Virus record (IMG/VR): IMGVR_UViG_3300037313_001869
Location: 320,001-384,000 of that record
Strand: one strand, 5' to 3'
From: a virus
Lineage: Duplodnaviria; Caudoviricetes
DNA: 64,000 nucleotides
This document shows positions 49,881 through 60,314 of the stretch, in pieces; the first letter of the stretch is position 1, and every line of letters starts with the position of its first letter. A model generated the notes under the pieces. The model was not told the origin of the DNA, ran no database searches, and was given only the letters and a program-made list of their open reading frames with translations. The position numbers were made by a program, and so were the translations under genes.

Positions 49881-50705
49881 ATGTACGACACGTTTGGCAC
49901 GCTCCTTCCTGAGCAAAAAGACGCACTTCGGCCCTTCGTTCGCGGGCGCAAGGTGACCGACCTCGGCGCCGGCAGCGGGGGCTTTTCTCTCGACCTGCTC
50001 ACCATGGGAGCGAGCGAGGTCACGGCCGTCGACAAGGAGGAAATGTCTCTTCCGCCTCGCAAGGGGCTTCGCGCCGTACGGACGTACTTCTCTTCCTTTT
50101 CCGACACGATCGACGTGGCGTTCCTCTCGTGGCCAGCGAACCGCAACGATCGGGACCTCAACGATCTCCTCGCGTCGGCCCCCACGGTCGCCTACCTCGG
50201 CAAGAACACCGATATGGTCTCGTGCGGGTCCACGGGGCTCTTTGTCGGCCTGCTCGGCCGGCCGATCCTCGCCTACGTGCCCGACCGCAAAAACACCCTG
50301 ATCGTCTACGGCCCCAAAGCCGAAAGCGGCCCAAGGCTCGTCCGGGGCGAAGAGGCCGCGGGCCTTCTGCTCTACAACCCCGACACGGGCGAGCCCTGGC
50401 GGTACGAAGAGGCGGAAGGTACCTCGCCAGAGCGGCTCACCGAGATGGTCGATAAGCCCGGCTACCGGCCGAAGCTACGCTTTGCCGAGCTGGAGGATGG
50501 CACGGTCGTGTGCGTTTCGATCCAGCCCGTGAACGAGCACGAGTCGACCCTCGTGCTGAACGGTGATCGGATGCGGAGTCTCTACGAAAACAGCACGGCC
50601 GCCGACGACGCCCGGCGCCTCGTCGAGATCCGCTACCGCTCCAGGATCGTTCGCTGGAGCGCCGACGGACCCGGCAAGGCTCACTTGCCCTTGAAGGCCA
50701 CGTAG
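49881..50705 (+). CDS. class I SAM-dependent methyltransferase-like protein
   Basis: VTDLGAGSG motif I, VTAVD. Confidence 0.7.
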   Translation: MYDTFGTLLPEQKDALRPFVRGRKVTDLGAGSGGFSLDLLTMGASEVTAVDKEEMSLPPRKGLRAVRTYFSSFSDTIDVAFLSWPANRNDRDLNDLLASAPTVAYLGKNTDMVSCGSTGLFVGLLGRPILAYVPDRKNTLIVYGPKAESGPRLVRGEEAAGLLLYNPDTGEPWRYEEAEGTSPERLTEMVDKPGYRPKLRFAELEDGTVVCVSIQPVNEHESTLVLNGDRMRSLYENSTAADDARRLVEIRYRSRIVRWSADGPGKAHLPLKAT

Positions 50706-51589
50706 AGAAGCAGGGCGGGTACCTTGCGGTTCAGGCCCGCCTTGACCCGAGCGGTCATGTTGTAGAGGGCCGAGTTCCGGGCCGCGAGCGCAGCCTTGTG
50801 CAGGGCCTCCCAGTGAACGGCCGAGACCGTGCCGGGCCGGTAGTAGAGGAAGTTCTTGCCCACCATCTCGTCCCGCGCCTCGTCGATGATGGCTTCGAGC
50901 TTGTCGAGCGGCAGAAGAAGCTCGGCATCTTCCCGTGGGATGGCCGGGGCGTTGATCGAAGCGAAGATGAGGCTGCGAGCCGTCACTTTCAGGATCTCGA
51001 ACTCGATCCACGCCCCCATCGCATCTTCGTCGTTCTCGATCGCGTCCGGCAGCCGGAGATCCACCTCGTCCGGCCGGATGCCCGGGTTCTTTTCGTAGAG
51101 GCTCTCCCGGGTGCGGGCGATGGCGTTCTCGAAGTCGATCCTCGCTTCCTTGGCCGCCTGGTTACGGTTCTCGACCATGCGCGAAGCGTAGAAGGCGCGC
51201 ATGTACCGGACGAACGCCGCCGTCGCCTTCGCCGCCTTGACCAGGAACTCCTTGTCGAAGCTGTCGATCTTCGACAGGTTGCTCTTGTACTTCTTGACGA
51301 ACTCGACGATCGCCCGGAGCTTCAGCTCCGACGCCTTCGGGGCGCTGATCTTCAGCTCGTCGTATTCTTCCTTCGCCTCACGCATGTCGGCGATCTCCTG
51401 GTCCTTCAGGATCTCGTCGATCTGGTCGCCGCGGTAGTCTTCCGACGAACCCTCCCCCTTCTTCAGGCAGTAGGCCATGGCCGCGAAGCGGGCCGGGTCG
51501 GCCCAGTGGACCTCCTGAAAGACCGTCTTGATGTCGGTGATGTGCGCCCGGCGAAGGACGCGATGGGTGAGCGGGTCGAGACGCTTCAT
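50681..51589 (-). CDS. helical hypothetical protein
   Basis: strong codon bias; ATGA-coupled to upstream gene. Confidence 0.7.
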   Translation of the reverse strand: MKRLDPLTHRVLRRAHITDIKTVFQEVHWADPARFAAMAYCLKKGEGSSEDYRGDQIDEILKDQEIADMREAKEEYDELKISAPKASELKLRAIVEFVKKYKSNLSKIDSFDKEFLVKAAKATAAFVRYMRAFYASRMVENRNQAAKEARIDFENAIARTRESLYEKNPGIRPDEVDLRLPDAIENDEDAMGAWIEFEILKVTARSLIFASINAPAIPREDAELLLPLDKLEAIIDEARDEMVGKNFLYYRPGTVSAVHWEALHKAALAARNSALYNMTARVKAGLNRKVPALLLYVAFKGK

Positions 51590-52770
51590 CGGGAGACCTC
51601 GATCAGAAGAAGATCCGAGAGGGGCCGGGCGAGCAGGTTGGACGCCTCGGCCGAAGAGACGCGCGAGAGGAGCTTCGCGTAGCGGCTCGCCAGGTACTTG
51701 CCGTCGGCTCGGTAGATCGCCTGGAACTCTTCCTTGTCCTCGTAGTATTCGAGCGCCTGGGTGAGGGCCAGGATGCACTCGGTCGGCTCGTGGGTGAGCG
51801 AGAAGACCAGGTCGCCGAGCGCGAGGGCTTGCGAGTGGGCCTTCATCCGGGAGAGGTTCAGCACCGTGCCGTCGTCGACCACCTTGGTCGTACGGTTGAG
51901 CATCTGGACGAAGCGCTTCTCCTCGCACGTCGCCGGGTCGAGCTGCCACTGCCGCCCGTTGACCCGGACGTGGATGTCGTAGCTCTCGTACTTCGCGTTC
52001 GGGCTCCGGTCCGGACCCCGGCGAAGCTCGTTCAGCTTTTGCCGAAGCTCGTTCTCCTCGAAGACGATTTCGACGATCGGGGCCCGATCGACCTTCTTCT
52101 TGGTCGCCCCCATCCCGAGCGTCTCCAGGGTCGTCTTCATCGGCGCCCCGCCCCGCTGCCTCGCCGCCCTCTTGTACGTCTGTTCGGTCAGCTTGCCGCC
52201 CGGCCAGACGTTCCAGTTCCGGACCGGGCTCGCAAACCAGCGGTCCCCGAGCTTGCTGAGGGCCTTGCTGATCTCCTTGCCCACGTCGCCCTTGACCGGC
52301 GGAAGGACGAGCGCCTCGACCTCCCACCAGTATTGGGGCTGGCCCGTCGGCGAGTGCTGGATGCCCGCGACCACGACCTTGCCGCCCTTCACCCCCACGA
52401 AGGCCAGGCACGAGTAGACCTTGCCGCCTCCGTTGCTCCCGCCCCACATCTTCCAGTCCACCCCGGAGGCGATGCCCGCTTTCGACAGCTCCCCGTCGAG
52501 CGTTGCTTCCTCCGCCCCCTCGGGCGGCTTCGGCTCGTCGTCGTCGAGGTCGAGCGGCTCGTCGAACACGTCCCGCTCTTCTTCCGCGACCCGAAGGAGC
52601 AGATCCTTCGCCGCGTGCCCGACAGGGCCGAGACCCCGGGATGCCTCCCAGGCGCGAGCAATCGACGCCGCCGTACGGGTCTCGCTCTGGGGCAGGCCAA
52701 GAACTAGGGCCGCTTGCTCGGGCGTGAGAGACGCTCGCTTGACCCAGTAGCTCGCTTCGATTTTGCGCAT
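51586..52770 (-). CDS. hypothetical protein with degenerate J-domain-like N-terminus
   Basis: TPEQAALVLGL; no HPD motif. Confidence 0.65.
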   Translation of the reverse strand: MRKIEASYWVKRASLTPEQAALVLGLPQSETRTAASIARAWEASRGLGPVGHAAKDLLLRVAEEERDVFDEPLDLDDDEPKPPEGAEEATLDGELSKAGIASGVDWKMWGGSNGGGKVYSCLAFVGVKGGKVVVAGIQHSPTGQPQYWWEVEALVLPPVKGDVGKEISKALSKLGDRWFASPVRNWNVWPGGKLTEQTYKRAARQRGGAPMKTTLETLGMGATKKKVDRAPIVEIVFEENELRQKLNELRRGPDRSPNAKYESYDIHVRVNGRQWQLDPATCEEKRFVQMLNRTTKVVDDGTVLNLSRMKAHSQALALGDLVFSLTHEPTECILALTQALEYYEDKEEFQAIYRADGKYLASRYAKLLSRVSSAEASNLLARPLSDLLLIEVSR

Positions 52771-53759
52771 CGCAAGACGAGCTTCCTCACAAGAGGCTTA
52801 TTCTTGCGATGGCCATGGACCCAAAAAAATTTGGGAATGGACGCGACGTTTTCCCCGGATCAGTGGATCGTGCGCGGCAGCTCGTCCCTCAGATCGAGCG
52901 CCCGGGCGTCCTCGATCATGAGCCCGATCAGATCGGGGCTCTCGACCGTGGGATCGGCGGGTACCGCCCTCGCCGCCACGATCCTCTCGCCGAGCCCGAT
53001 CCCCCGGGCCAGGGCCGGCAGCTTCGAGACGGGCAGAGGCCGCCGGCTCACGTAGGGCCGGGTCTGATCTTCGGCCACGCAAAGGCACGCCCAGACCAGG
53101 CCCTCGACCGGCGTGGGCGTCACCGTCAGAAACCCAAACTCCCCACGGCTCCCGCGCAGAGCGAAGAGCCACCTCGTGGTCGTGCTGAACGTCGGCAGGT
53201 TCATGTCAAAGAGTACACCGGTGATCTTCGGTGTAGAGAACCGGGCGATGCACCCCTCCGAGCGCCTCGTGGCCTTTCTCTATGACCTCATGCGGGACAA
53301 CCTCCCGGTCGGCACCGTCGAGCAGCTCGTGCGGAACAACGAGCCCATCGGGCTCGGCGAGATGGTCACCTACTCGAACAAGTACCTCGCGACCTACGCC
53401 CGGGAGCTGGCCATCCGGCTCACCTCGGTCATCGTCCAGACTCCGCACGAAGAAGCCGCGACCCTGCCCATCACCCGCATCCTCTACGGCCTCGCCTCCC
53501 ACCGGCTCGTCCCCTTGCAAAATCTTGGGCCCATCGTCGATCAGGTCGTCAAATGCCCCAAGACCCCGACGAGCATTGGAGGGGTCCGGGTCCCGGCCCC
53601 TTCGCCCGCGGCCCGGCTTCTCTGCGTCCTCGCCGCCAACAACATTCCCTTCGACAAACTCCCGCCCGGCACCTCGATCGCCGACCCGCCCGATCTCGAC
53701 GTGGGGCTCTGGCAAGGCTGCCGCGTCTGGGCGAGACGCATCGTAGAGGAGACCTGACC

Positions 53760-54212
53760 ATGAAAGTCCTGGAAAAAGGCACCCCCACCGCTCCCACCTG
53801 GACCGCCGAGGTCCTCTGCACCGGCGTCGGTACCGGAGGGGGCGGCTGCGGCGCCAAGCTCCTCATCGAGAAGGACGACGTGGTGGCCGTCCCCCACCCC
53901 GACGGCCACGCCGCCCAGATGTTCGCCTTCTGCTGCCCCGAGTGCGGCGTCGAGACGGGCATCGCTTCGGTACCCAGCTTCGTCCGGAGCCAAGCCCGGG
54001 TGATGCCCGCCCAGGCCCCGGTCGACTCCGGCGAAACGGCCCGGCTCATCGCCCGGATGACCGAGGCCCGCATCGCCGTCGAGGCGATCCGCCCCCCTTC
54101 GCACCGGGGCTCTTGCCCCATCGAAGACGACACCTCGTACGCCCCGTGCAACTGCGGCGCAAGCGACGTAGAGCGGGCGATCGAAAAAGCCAAAACCCTC
54201 CTGAGGGTCTGA
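53760..54212 (+). CDS. zinc-ribbon protein, paralog 1
   Basis: CTG...GGGCGAKLL...FCCPECGVET. Confidence 0.65.
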   Translation: MKVLEKGTPTAPTWTAEVLCTGVGTGGGGCGAKLLIEKDDVVAVPHPDGHAAQMFAFCCPECGVETGIASVPSFVRSQARVMPAQAPVDSGETARLIARMTEARIAVEAIRPPSHRGSCPIEDDTSYAPCNCGASDVERAIEKAKTLLRV

Positions 54213-54870
54213 CCCCATGCCCAAAACCCGGTTCGATCACATCTGCGGGGACGACGCCCCACCCCCCGTAGAAAAGGGCGTCTACAACACGGCCCCCGTC
54301 TGGCCCAAGGAAGACCGGTACGCCGCTCTGACCCGGATTCGCGAGGCCCGCCTGGCCCAGTGCCGGAAGAGGGGCTGCGTGGGCTGCCCTACGTGCCGGG
54401 CTATCGAGCGCGTCTTCGAGGCCGACCGGCAAGACGAGAGAAAGAAGGCCCGCGAGGCCGAAGACCAGGCGTGCATGGAAGAGCTACGGATTCTCTTCCA
54501 GGACCGGTGGCCCGACCCCATCGAGCTGATGGCGCAGGTTCTCGCCTTCATGAAAGACGCCCGTGTGGCCGGAGTCAACTTGCCCAATCTGATCCGGCAG
54601 TTGAAAGCTACCAAAGGGGTGTAAGGGCCAGGACATGAAAGCCAAGGTCGTCGAGTTCAACGTCATGCCCTTCGATCCCTACGAGCTGTGCGGGCTGCCC
54701 CCAGGGATCTCTCACATCCTCCTTCGCTTCTACGCCGACCCGGAGGCTACAGCCAGGATCGTGCGCTTCTTCAAGGAGAACGGCTTCATCATGGACGCCG
54801 ACGCCTCCCCTCCCCCTGGACCCGACCCTATCCTCACCGAGGGTGTCCCTGCCCTCCCGGAGAAAACGCC

Positions 54871-55158
54871 ATGAGAGTCCTGAAGAAAGGCACCGGCCAG
54901 CGTGGCTGGAGCGTCGAGGCCGAATGCACCGGAGCCAACAACGGCGGCGGCGGGTGCAGCGCGAAGCTCCTCGTCGAGCAAGACGACCTCTACAAGACCT
55001 ACTCCTCCGACCGCCCCGGCTACCAGATGCACATCACCTTCCGCTGTCCCGAGTGCGGCGTCGAGACGGACGTGCCCGACAACAAAGTCCCGGGCCACGT
55101 CGTCTCGAAGCTCGTCGACAAGAAGGACAGGCACCCTACCGACCGGGACCCGCTCTGA
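54871..55158 (+). CDS. zinc-ribbon protein, paralog 2
   Basis: CTG...GGGCSAKLL...FRCPECGVET. Confidence 0.65.
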   Translation: MRVLKKGTGQRGWSVEAECTGANNGGGGCSAKLLVEQDDLYKTYSSDRPGYQMHITFRCPECGVETDVPDNKVPGHVVSKLVDKKDRHPTDRDPL

Positions 55159-58009
55159 TGAGCGACGCCATTCTTGCCCAGGCTCGTATCTCGTTCCGGA
55201 GTCTTGGCGTCCGCGACGCGAACCTTCGGATTGAACCTTCCATCGAGGAGCGGACCGCCCGCGGACCCGACGAGGGCCCGTTCGCTTCGCTCCTCGAAGC
55301 CACCGTTCCCTCAGGACGGACCTACCACCTGGTGAGGGGCGACGAAGACCTCGTCGTGGGCTACCTCGCGATCCGTAACGGCAGGGTGGTCGAGTGCGGC
55401 ATTTCGTGGATCGCCACCGACATGGCCCTGGGCCTTTCGGTTCTTCTTCCCGCCCCCATGGCCACGGTCCGGATCATTGATGCCCCGTGGTTTCACCTCC
55501 GGGCCCTTTGGGTCACCGACCCCTCGGGTCTCGAACGCTGCTGGGTCGGAACGCCCCCCTTCCCCTGGGACGGACCGAAGGGGGAGCAAACCCCGGAGAC
55601 TGTCTGCCACGCCCTCGCGAACAGGACCCCGGAAGGAGGCATGGTCACGGTCTTTCTCGACTGAGCCTCAGGTGACGAACGCGCCCCAGCCGGCGAGGTT
55701 GACCGCGAGCACGGCCGTTTTGTGGGGAACGGCCAAGAGCGTGCGCAGCAAGTCATCGGTCGGCTGGCCCGGCTGCATCGGTAGATCGAGCCTCCGACCC
55801 GCCACCCGGACGATCCCCCCCTCGTCCCAGTAGGCCGCGAGGCCGGAGAGATCGTAGCTCTCCGTCGAGCACGCGCAGTCCGTCTGCACGTCGAGGTGGA
55901 AGGCTTTCAGCAAATCCTTGCTCACGCCAGAGAGCCGGAAGACGGGGTCGTCAGCCACGCTTCTCTGCCTTCGCCCTGCGCCTCGCCATGTACCCGGGCT
56001 TGTAGTCGGGCAGCCGAACCACCGGACCCTCCGAGAACGAGGCGTACCAGAAGATCCCGTTGTGGCCCGGGTCCTCGTCCTGGTTGTGGCACCGGAGCGT
56101 CAGCACTTGGCTCATCGGACGCTTGTAGTGGATCTCGTCGCGGACCGAGACCACGACGTACTTCCACATCCCCTCGGTCCCTCGTCGCGGCGTCGCAAGA
56201 TCGGGCGCATGGTCGATGATGTAGAGCCGGTGCCCGAGCGGCCTCTTGAACGACGGCTGCTTCTTGCCCTCTCGCTTCCGGGTGAACGAGTAGCCGTAGC
56301 CCGCGTAGATCCCGGGGGTGCAATACTTCGGCCGAAGGTCGTCCTCTCGTTCGATCCCCTCCTCGATCAGCACGGCCAGGGTCGTGCGGTAGCGGGAAGG
56401 GTCGATCTCAGGTTTGCCCGTCAGGTCGATCAGCATCCCTTCCCTACACCAGCCACGACTCGAACGGGAGAAGCTCGTAGCCCACCGGCACGAGCTTCTT
56501 TACCCCGCCCTGCCCCCAGACCCAGGCGTGGGTCCCCAGCGCTACCCAGGCGTCCGCTTCTTCGAGGCTCGTCGCCGAACCAAGGCTGAGATTCGGCAAG
56601 ACCACGCCGACAACCTCCGTCACGCTCCAGCCCCTCACCCGATCTTGTCCCATCGCGTGCTCCTCTTCTCTTCTTCCTCGAACTTCGCGTACGCCAGGCG
56701 GGCACGGTAGAGCGACTCCCGCGCCTCTTCCTCGTCGTGGTGGCACTCGGTCTCGCCGAACCTCCCGTCGGTGACGAGCCACACGTCGTCCTCGACCCTT
56801 CTCATCCTCGGCCCAAGCTCCAGGTCGGGCTCCGTCCTCATGTGCCAGTCCACCCCCACCTTCACGAGCCCCCGGTCATGCAAGGTCAGCGCTGCCGACG
56901 AGACCTCCCCCCGAGAGCCCTCGTAGGGGTACTCGTTCGGCATCAGCCCCTCCTCGCCTCGTTCGTGAACCGCGAGCAGAAGCCGGACTTCAAGATCGGT
57001 GAGCGGGCGCAGGGCCATGGCCCGGGTACCTACACCGGGCTTGGCGGTGAGCCAGTAGTTGGGCGTCGGGACGACACGCAGGTCACGGGGGCTCATGGTT
57101 TGACCCCGACCTCTGCCAAGGCCCGAAGGGCCCGGGCGTCCTCTTCCCTCCGGATGAGGTCCATCAGGAGCTTCGGCCTCGGGTCGAGGCCAAGCGCCCG
57201 ATCCAGAAACCGATCCTTCCAGGCGAACCGGACGTAGGGCGTAGGACCCGGGAGACTCTCGACCTGAAGCTCTCCGGCCAGGATGGCGATAACCCGCGCG
57301 TCTTCGTAGTCAGCGATCGTCATGGGGTTGCTCCGCAGTCAGGACAAACCGAACGAGGCGTCGGCCGGACCCAGTCGCAGATCGGGCACGCCCTCGCGTC
57401 CATGTACCGGTCGGCGCAGCCGTGGCACTGCCTCAGCCCCCGGCCCCGATCCCCAGGGACGCCGCACGACCCGCCGAGGAGCCTCCCCCCGCACACGTCA
57501 CACCGACTCCCGCGGTAGGCCCGGTACCGAGCCCGCGACCACGCCGCAGCCCACCGGAGCAAGGCCCCTACCACGACCCCGAGCCCGAACACGGCAAGGG
57601 CTGCGGGGCTGGTCACGGCTTCTTCTTCCGGTCTTCGAGCCGCTCGGGCACAGCCCTCTTGAACATCGCCGAAGCCCGCGCCTGCGTCATGCCCGGGACC
57701 CGCTTGACCATCTGGCCCACGAAGTAGTCCTTGGCCCGGTGGTAGAGCACGACCCGGTTCACGACCGCCTCGACCCGCGTGAGCCCCACCCTCGTGCAAG
57801 GCTCACACGACAGCTCCCACGGCTGCGGGTGCTGCCGATAGTCCTCGCAATAGAGGGCCCGAGAACGGCCGCAGCTCTGGCATTTACCCCTGGCCTTCCA
57901 GACCTTGAAGTGGAGGTCGCCGACGCTCTGGTGGATCGTGAACGTCTCGGGCTCTTGCGGCAGGGCCGGTGTTTTCTTGGGCTTCGGGGGCATGGGACCT
58001 ATTTACACC

Positions 58010-58530
58010 CGTGGACCGAAAAAATGGCCGGGGGAAAATTTTGGAGCCGGGCTCCTAGTCCCGATCGGTCTCGACTTCGGCGCGGACCTCGGCCTTCGCC
58101 CCCGTTCGCTCCGCTTGCGTCTCGATCTGCTTTCGCTTCGACCACGCCCGCTTCTGGTTCCGGGACCCGAGCACCGTGTCCTTCCAGAACTTGCAGCGCT
58201 GTCCGTACCGGCTCTTGTTCGACCTGCTCATGATTTACCGCCTTTCCCCAGAAAAAGAACCGGGGGACTTTTTAGGAGGCCCGGGCCTCCGAGGGGCCTT
58301 TTCGGTTTTACCTGAAAAATGCGGCCGGGCCAGTTTTTCCATGGGAGATACCGGGTTTTGCCCGGTCACGATCCATTTCCGCTCGCCTACTGAATACGCC
58401 CATTTACGCTACCCGTGCAAAACGAAAACGATAATGAAGCGGTTTTTCGTTGCACTTCCGGAGGGTCTACCCAGTGACCCCCGGAGATACGTTTCAGTCT
58501 TACGAGCGGGTTCGATGGGCACTACCCTCC
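58010..58530. other. AT-enriched, apparently non-coding region; candidate replication origin
   Basis: A/T tracts; visible switch from C-rich to G-rich plus strand. Confidence 0.45.
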
Positions 58531-58718
58531 CGTCCATGCAAGAAAAAAGCGATGCGATCGAGAGACCGAACCGCAAGATGCGCCGGGCCGTGGCGAAGAC
58601 CTACCGATCGAACCCAGGGGCCGAGGTGGTAGGTCTTGAGCTACCGCGCGAGGACATGACCCGCGACACGAAGAGGCGCGAGGGAGGGAAGACGGGCCGG
58701 TTCTTCCCCTCGGGCACG

Positions 58719-58997
58719 TAAGTCAACGAAGAAATCGCGAAGGGCCTTCTTGGCCTCTGCGAGGGTGGAGAAGCTCTTCTCGTCGAGGGCGTCTGCCCCC
58801 GGGCGGGAGAAGGCCCGGCCCACGAGGGCCACCTTGTAGCCGGTGACCTCGACCCTCTGCTGTCGGGTCGAGCCCACGTAGGAGACGGAGACCTCCCGCT
58901 CGATGTAGCCCACGAGGGCCTCGCCGTGGTGGACGAGGGCCGAGGGGTTGTTGCCGGGGGTGACCTTGCCGAGCTTGCCGAAGGAGAGGAGGGACAT
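58719..58997 (-). CDS. hypothetical protein; end placed at in-frame TTA (standard-code end 58641)
   Basis: class A motif 59005-59031; TTA coincides with opposite-strand TAA. Confidence 0.55.
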
Positions 58998-59069
58998 GGG
59001 GGAGAGACGAGCGGGAGGGGGGCTTTTTTCCAAAAAAGCCTTCCCCAGGGGGGTGTACTGGAGGGGGCG

Positions 59070-59744
59070 ATGCGAAACGCTCTTCCCGTCAAGCCGGCGG
59101 AGTGGCCCGAGCGGGCCTACAAGCTGGCGTACGTGAGCCCGTCCTGGGGCCCGGAGGGGTCTAGCCGAGACCTCTCGGACCTGATGAAGCTTCCGGTGCC
59201 GAGCCTGCTCCTGCCGCCCGCGGTGGTGCTTCTCTGGGTACCTGGGGGCAAGCTGGAGGAGGGGCTGGATCTGCTCTGGGGGTGGAAGCTCCATTACCGG
59301 GGGGTCGCGTTCGTCTGGGTGAAGACCGACAGCAAGGGGGTACCTCTCGGGGCGCACGGGCCGAGGCCGACGGTCTCTTCGAGGGGGTCAACCGAGCTTG
59401 TGCTGGCGGCCGAGACGGGGCCGGAATACGTGCTCGCGGGATCGACCGAGAAGAGGGGCCGGCCCTTGCCCATCGTGGACGAGACCGTGGGCCAGGTGGT
59501 GATGGCCCCTGTAGGTCCTCGGCCCCCGGAGGTGCGAGCGAGGATCGAGCGCATGTACGGCTCGGCCGTCTCTCGGGTCGAGCTGTTTGCGCCGGGCGAG
59601 GTACCGGGGTGGGACGTATGGGCCCCCGGGGCCGCGGTGGTGGTCTCGGCTCCTTCTCGGGAGGGGGCGGAAGAGAAGCCTGCCCCCCAGGGCGGGACCG
59701 AGAAAGAGGGCTTCGAGCTGGCGATGGGCCTCGACGATGAGTGA
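59070..59744 (+). CDS. MT-A70-family methyltransferase-like protein with degenerate catalytic motif
   Basis: LLWV, FVWVKT, TELVL, RIERMY, RVELFA, GWDVW; SPSW in place of DPPW. Confidence 0.75.
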   Translation: MRNALPVKPAEWPERAYKLAYVSPSWGPEGSSRDLSDLMKLPVPSLLLPPAVVLLWVPGGKLEEGLDLLWGWKLHYRGVAFVWVKTDSKGVPLGAHGPRPTVSSRGSTELVLAAETGPEYVLAGSTEKRGRPLPIVDETVGQVVMAPVGPRPPEVRARIERMYGSAVSRVELFAPGEVPGWDVWAPGAAVVVSAPSREGAEEKPAPQGGTEKEGFELAMGLDDE

Positions 59745-60314
59745 AGAGACCCCGAAGCCCCCGATGCGAAAGGGCGACCGCTACCGGGTGCGGGCTCCGT
59801 ACGGGGGCTGGGCCGAGGGCCAGGTGATGATCGTCTCGGAGGCCCGGGCGTGGGGCGGCTGGCTCGGGGGCTTCCGGGTGCAGCTCATGGGGCAGGAGCA
59901 GCGAGGGGACCTCTTCTTCGAGATCAGCGTCACCTTGAAGACGACCGAGGCCGTGGCGGCGTGGCAGGAGAAATGGGAGCTACTGCCCCGGGCCAAGCGA
60001 AAGAGCCCTTCCCACCGGGCCTACGGGCGAAGGGTCAAGAGCCGCTTCGAGAGGGTGCTCGGGTGAGACTGCCCAGGATGGGCGCTTGCTTTCAGCTCGT
60101 CCGGCCCTTCGGGGGCTGGACGGTGGGCGAGAGGGTCGAGGTCGGCGCCATCAACGACGGCTACGTCTGGCTCTGGACCTACCCCGAGGTTCTCAACCCC
60201 TACGGCCACCGGGACTGGACCGCCTGCGTGCCCCTGAAGGGGTGGCTGAAATGGGTGAAGCCCTGGAGAGAGGTCCCCCTGCCCACCCGGTACGAGCGGG
60301 TGCTCAGCGGGTGA
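59737..60314 (+). other. two ORFs ending SRFERVLG and TRYERVLSG (59737-60066, 60063-60314)
   Basis: coupled overlaps; terminal motif. Confidence 0.6.
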
